Source: Antedon mediterranea (lineage: Eukaryota > Animalia > Echinodermata). From it: 64,000 bases of DNA. The translations under genes and the position numbers were made by a program. Location of the stretch: the NCBI RefSeq assembly GCF_964355755.1, contig NC_092671.1, positions 26,796,070-26,860,069 on the forward strand, read 5' to 3'. The notes beneath the pieces were generated by a model. That model did no database searches and had not been told where the DNA came from. It was given only the letters and a program-made list of their open reading frames with translations. Positions 22,531-64,000 of the stretch are shown here, piece by piece. Each line of letters begins with the position of its first letter. Positions within the stretch are counted from its first letter, which is position 1.

Positions 22531-23983
22531 TTTCATTCATATATAAAAACAACGAAATATACTCTCAGTTATTAAATAAAAAAAAAATTTAAATTCCCGT
22601 TCTTCTAGGCCAATTTTTTTTTCTCAAAAAAATCAGTTCACTAAATGAGAGAAAATTTTTGTATTGTTTGTTGTATATATGGAATTATTTTTCTGAAATA
22701 AGTTATCAATCATTAAACTTGTTTAAGTATCAAATTTTATTTTTAAAAAGTACAAAAATATATTATAAACATATTAGTAAAATAAGATAGGCCTAAATGT
22801 ACACCATTAATTTATCCCATACAAAATTACATAGATACACTACACATATTAAATAATTACTTTGTGTTAAAATTAACTACACTTATTCATCTCTTGTTTG
22901 TGACCAAACTTACGGTGGGCGTATGATGACTGTTCACTCTCCTAATCATTCCACACAAGTAAAAAGTAAAATATTGGCTTATGTACCTACTGCACACGCC
23001 TACGGACCAAATATTATTATTTCAATTTATTTACTTTAGTTGAATTCTAAGCAATAGAGTTGAGTGTTACAAAAATATAAATAATACATAATAAAATTGA
23101 GATTCTTCAATCCAATTTCTATATCATATCAATAAAAAATATCCTGTGTAAAAATATTACAAACAAATTACATATATGCAGCAATTAAGAAATAACATTT
23201 AAAATTACTGTATTAAGCTAAATACAAGTATTTCCAGTAAAAACAATGACTTTTAATATTCTAATAAAATAGTTAATCCTGGTATTTAATAATGCTGAAT
23301 AGACTTAAAATAATTATGGTAAATTTATTATATTGTAATATTAGTTTTATATTGCAATAATAGTAACCATAAATAATAACAATAATAATAACATTAACAT
23401 ATTTTATAGTAAAATAATAATAATAAACACAGTACACTGCAAATACCCTATTCAAGACAATGTATACATTTCCCCTATTCTAGTATAATAAGAATACAGT
23501 ACCGATACAGTACGGCTACCCTAAGTACTGGTTATGTTTTTTTAACTTGGCCTAAATCTAATTTGTATTCATAATTATAAAGTTAGATGATTGTGGGTGG
23601 TAATTATTCATATAAATATTAATTTATTATGCAAAAGGGTCCAAAAGATACCTGAATGTCATAGACATTGCTCTAGGATGAAAAATGAAAAAACGGCTGA
23701 CGAACCAAAATTAAAAGAAAAGGCTTCACACATTATTTGCACATAATTAATCACATGATTTGCAATCTGAGATATATGATACATTTAGTATCTTATGTCT
23801 AAACACATAGAAACAGCAACATTTTGAACTGGCTCACGGCTGAATTTTTAAAATGGGTGTCTTAAACTAAATTAATTATCATTGGTTGCTGAAAAATACA
23901 ATTAGCAGTATGAGTACGCATTTTTTTATTTTCAATAGTTGTGATTTAAATGTATTAATATATATTTTTGTTATATGTGATGT

Positions 23984-63423
<39,440 letters not shown>

Positions 63424-64000
63424 CTAAATAATTTAAAGACAAAATAGTTTTCACCAATACCATGATTTGAAGTATTTCACCTCAACTGACAAATAATGTT
63501 GAAATAAAGCTTATTAGTTCAATTCAATTACCCATGTTTTCATTTTTTTGGAACTGAAATGAACTGAGCGCAACTGAAACTTCAAATAGCGTCACATGTG
63601 CGGTATGGAACCAAGACGAGTAGCGATCAGTTTGATATTACCATATAAGCATTCATGCATACTGGTTTCTATACAATTACGAATCATATCGTGAGAGCTG
63701 TGAGGTAACCAGTGGAAATGGTTACTTTCAGTTCTGTTCAGTTGCTCGAAATGTCGATACAAGTGCTTTTGTGCAACAAGTTTCTTTTAGTTGAAATTGA
63801 GTTCCTTTCACTTCCATGTCGACAGAAGCTTACCTTAAGTCATAAAATATTTAATGATTTCTAATTTCTAATTTTAAGTGTTTCAATAATTGAATGGTGG
63901 TAATTAATCTTTGTTGGATGACAGGGCTTAAAATTATAACATTAAAACAAAATTTAAATCATTTTTCAATTAAAAAAAAAAAAAAAAAACCAAATTCAAA

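Overview
AT-rich, intron-rich metazoan genomic DNA, not prokaryotic. A Deu-domain-type SINE hints at a marine invertebrate, possibly a deuterostome, but that is inference. Four protein-coding loci were reconstructed by hand with GT-AG junctions and consistent reading phases. (1) The last 11 coding exons of CEP290 (+, 1079-8956). (2) A complete 5-exon, 214-aa atypical Rho-family GTPase (-, 14715-10721) with Gly12->Ser, a lost DxxGQ motif and a 7-aa switch-II-region insertion. (3) An intact C2H2 zinc-finger ORF (-, 20767-19925) inside a birth-and-death cluster of at least 3 decayed copies. Two of those copies form a very recent 1070-bp tandem duplication with a 22-bp inverted templated junction insert, and one of the two carries a 1374-bp solo LTR. 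(4) 53 exons of a giant single-PTP-domain (R3-type) receptor tyrosine phosphatase (-, >63423-23984) with at least 32 FN3 repeats, a furin-type site and a WMD loop. Introns carry many mobile elements: an L2-type LINE, SINEs, Harbinger-, pogo- and Kolobok-like MITEs, Helentron/DINE-like elements and minisatellites. The most unusual structure is a ~310-bp non-autonomous element family with at least 6 copies plus a diverged relative. It lacks terminal inverted repeats but has an internal 29-bp segment complementary to its own joined ends, like a DIRS internal complementary region. It also shows co-varying hairpin arms and an apparent ATAG-TA target preference.
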